Below are positions 63,001 through 64,000 of a stretch of DNA of 64,000 nt, piece after piece. The translations under genes and the position numbers were made by a program. The stretch is from Malacoraja senta (Eukaryota): the NCBI GenBank assembly GCA_038087875.1, contig CM075977.1, positions 111,910,001 through 111,974,000 on the forward strand. The letters are read 5' to 3'. How positions within the stretch are numbered: position 1 is the first letter of the stretch; each line of letters opens with the position of its first letter. The notes below the pieces were generated by a model that saw only the letters and a list, made by a program, of their open reading frames with translations, had not been told where the DNA came from and did no database searches.

Positions 63001-64000
63001 TAATCCTTCATTTAAACCATCTCTTACCGATAAAACATATAACCAATGGGAAAGAATGGGAATTGAAAGGATCGGCGATATGTATGAAATGGGAAATCTG
63101 TTATCATTCCAACAATTACAATTAAAATTTAAGCTGAATAATAACCAATATTTTAATACCTTCAGATCAGCGACCATGAATATATATATACAAAGACATC
63201 AAACTATAACTTTAGATCCACTGGAAGAAGCAATGAATATTAAGGCTGAATCACAGAAATTAATATCATATTTATATAATAGTATTTTAAACATAGAACT
63301 ACCATCGACAGAGGTACTTAGAGAAGATTGGGAACGAGAATTAATGATAAAAATCACGTAAGAAACATGGGAAAAGCATTTGATATATATACACAAATGT
63401 TCGATTAATGTAAGACATAACTCAATTCAATTCAAAATTCTACATAGATTATATTATTCAAAAACCAGATTGAATATATTCTATCCAAATATTTCTCCCA
63501 TTTGTGATAAATGCTTATCTAAAAATGCCACTATACTCTTTTGTTTCCTGCATAAAACTTCATAAATTCTGGAGCTATATCTTTGAAATATTTACAAAAT
63601 TATTCAAGATAAAAATGGAGCCTAACACTGAAAATATTATACTTGCAATAACGGAAGACGGGAACAAATTGAACACATTTCAAAATTCATTTTTTAATTA
63701 TGGGTTAATAACGGCAAAAAAAATTATACTTAAATTTTGGAAAAATACACCCATACCAAAGCTTAAAATGTGGATTTCAAACATGTTGGACACCGCACAT
63801 CTTGAAGATACGCTATTCCTCCAAACAGACAAAGCAGACCAATTCTTAACGAGTTGGTCTCCATTTATCGACTTCTTGGAAGCATATGGTGCAACAAAAT
63901 TCGTAGAAACCAACTGTTTCAGGACTGGGTGAAGGATGGTCAAGAATATAAATAACTATCTCCTACAATCTCATACTCTCTACTCCTTCTCTCTCTCTCT
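57024..64000 (+). mobile_element. Near full-length but degraded L1-clade LINE (runs off the window end)
   Basis: 5' end GACTTCCGGTGGCGCCATGG. ORF1 has a coiled coil and LEARSRR|QNLRIVGVQEG..IDVAHRV. ORF2 has APE (SWNIRG..FLQETH..SDH), RT (SLDAEKAFDQ, GNRQGC.LSP, YADD) and a C-terminal CDKC; many stops and frameshifts. Confidence 0.92.
57810..58630 (+). mobile_element. GC-rich non-autonomous retroposon inserted in L1 ORF1, with a 6-bp TSD
   Basis: GAGAAG duplicated at 57804-57809 and 58631-58636. It ends with AATAAA and a (GAATT)n tail. Removing it restores the ORF1 motif RSRRQNLRI. Confidence 0.85.

Overview
Vertebrate genomic DNA from a cartilaginous fish, most likely a skate or ray (inferred from the Ig sequence style and the HE1-like SINE and CR1 repeats). 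The only host gene is an immunoglobulin heavy-chain (IgM-type) cluster on the minus strand. It has a TATA/GC-box promoter, a split leader, and a single exon in which V, D and J are already joined in frame, with no recombination signals (CDR3 [13 protein letters not shown]). After a 3.7-kb intron comes a mu-type CH1 exon with no recognisable 5' end and a weak splice donor. Downstream of CH1 lie an antisense Rex/Babar LINE fragment and a non-autonomous Helitron; no CH2 is present in the window. The remaining ~57 kb upstream of the promoter contains no other V, D or J segment. It is a dense, nested pile of transposons: many CR1 LINEs (one near full length with an esterase ORF1), L1, L2, Rex/Babar, Penelope fragments with hammerhead-like cores, a Tc1 element with long TIRs, a deleted Gypsy element and HE1-like SINEs. 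The main finding is the pre-joined, apparently germline-encoded VDJ attached to an atypical CH1, which could encode a short antibody-like protein or be a decaying pseudogene. All translations and alignments were done by eye, and transposon boundaries are approximate unless a junction is stated.
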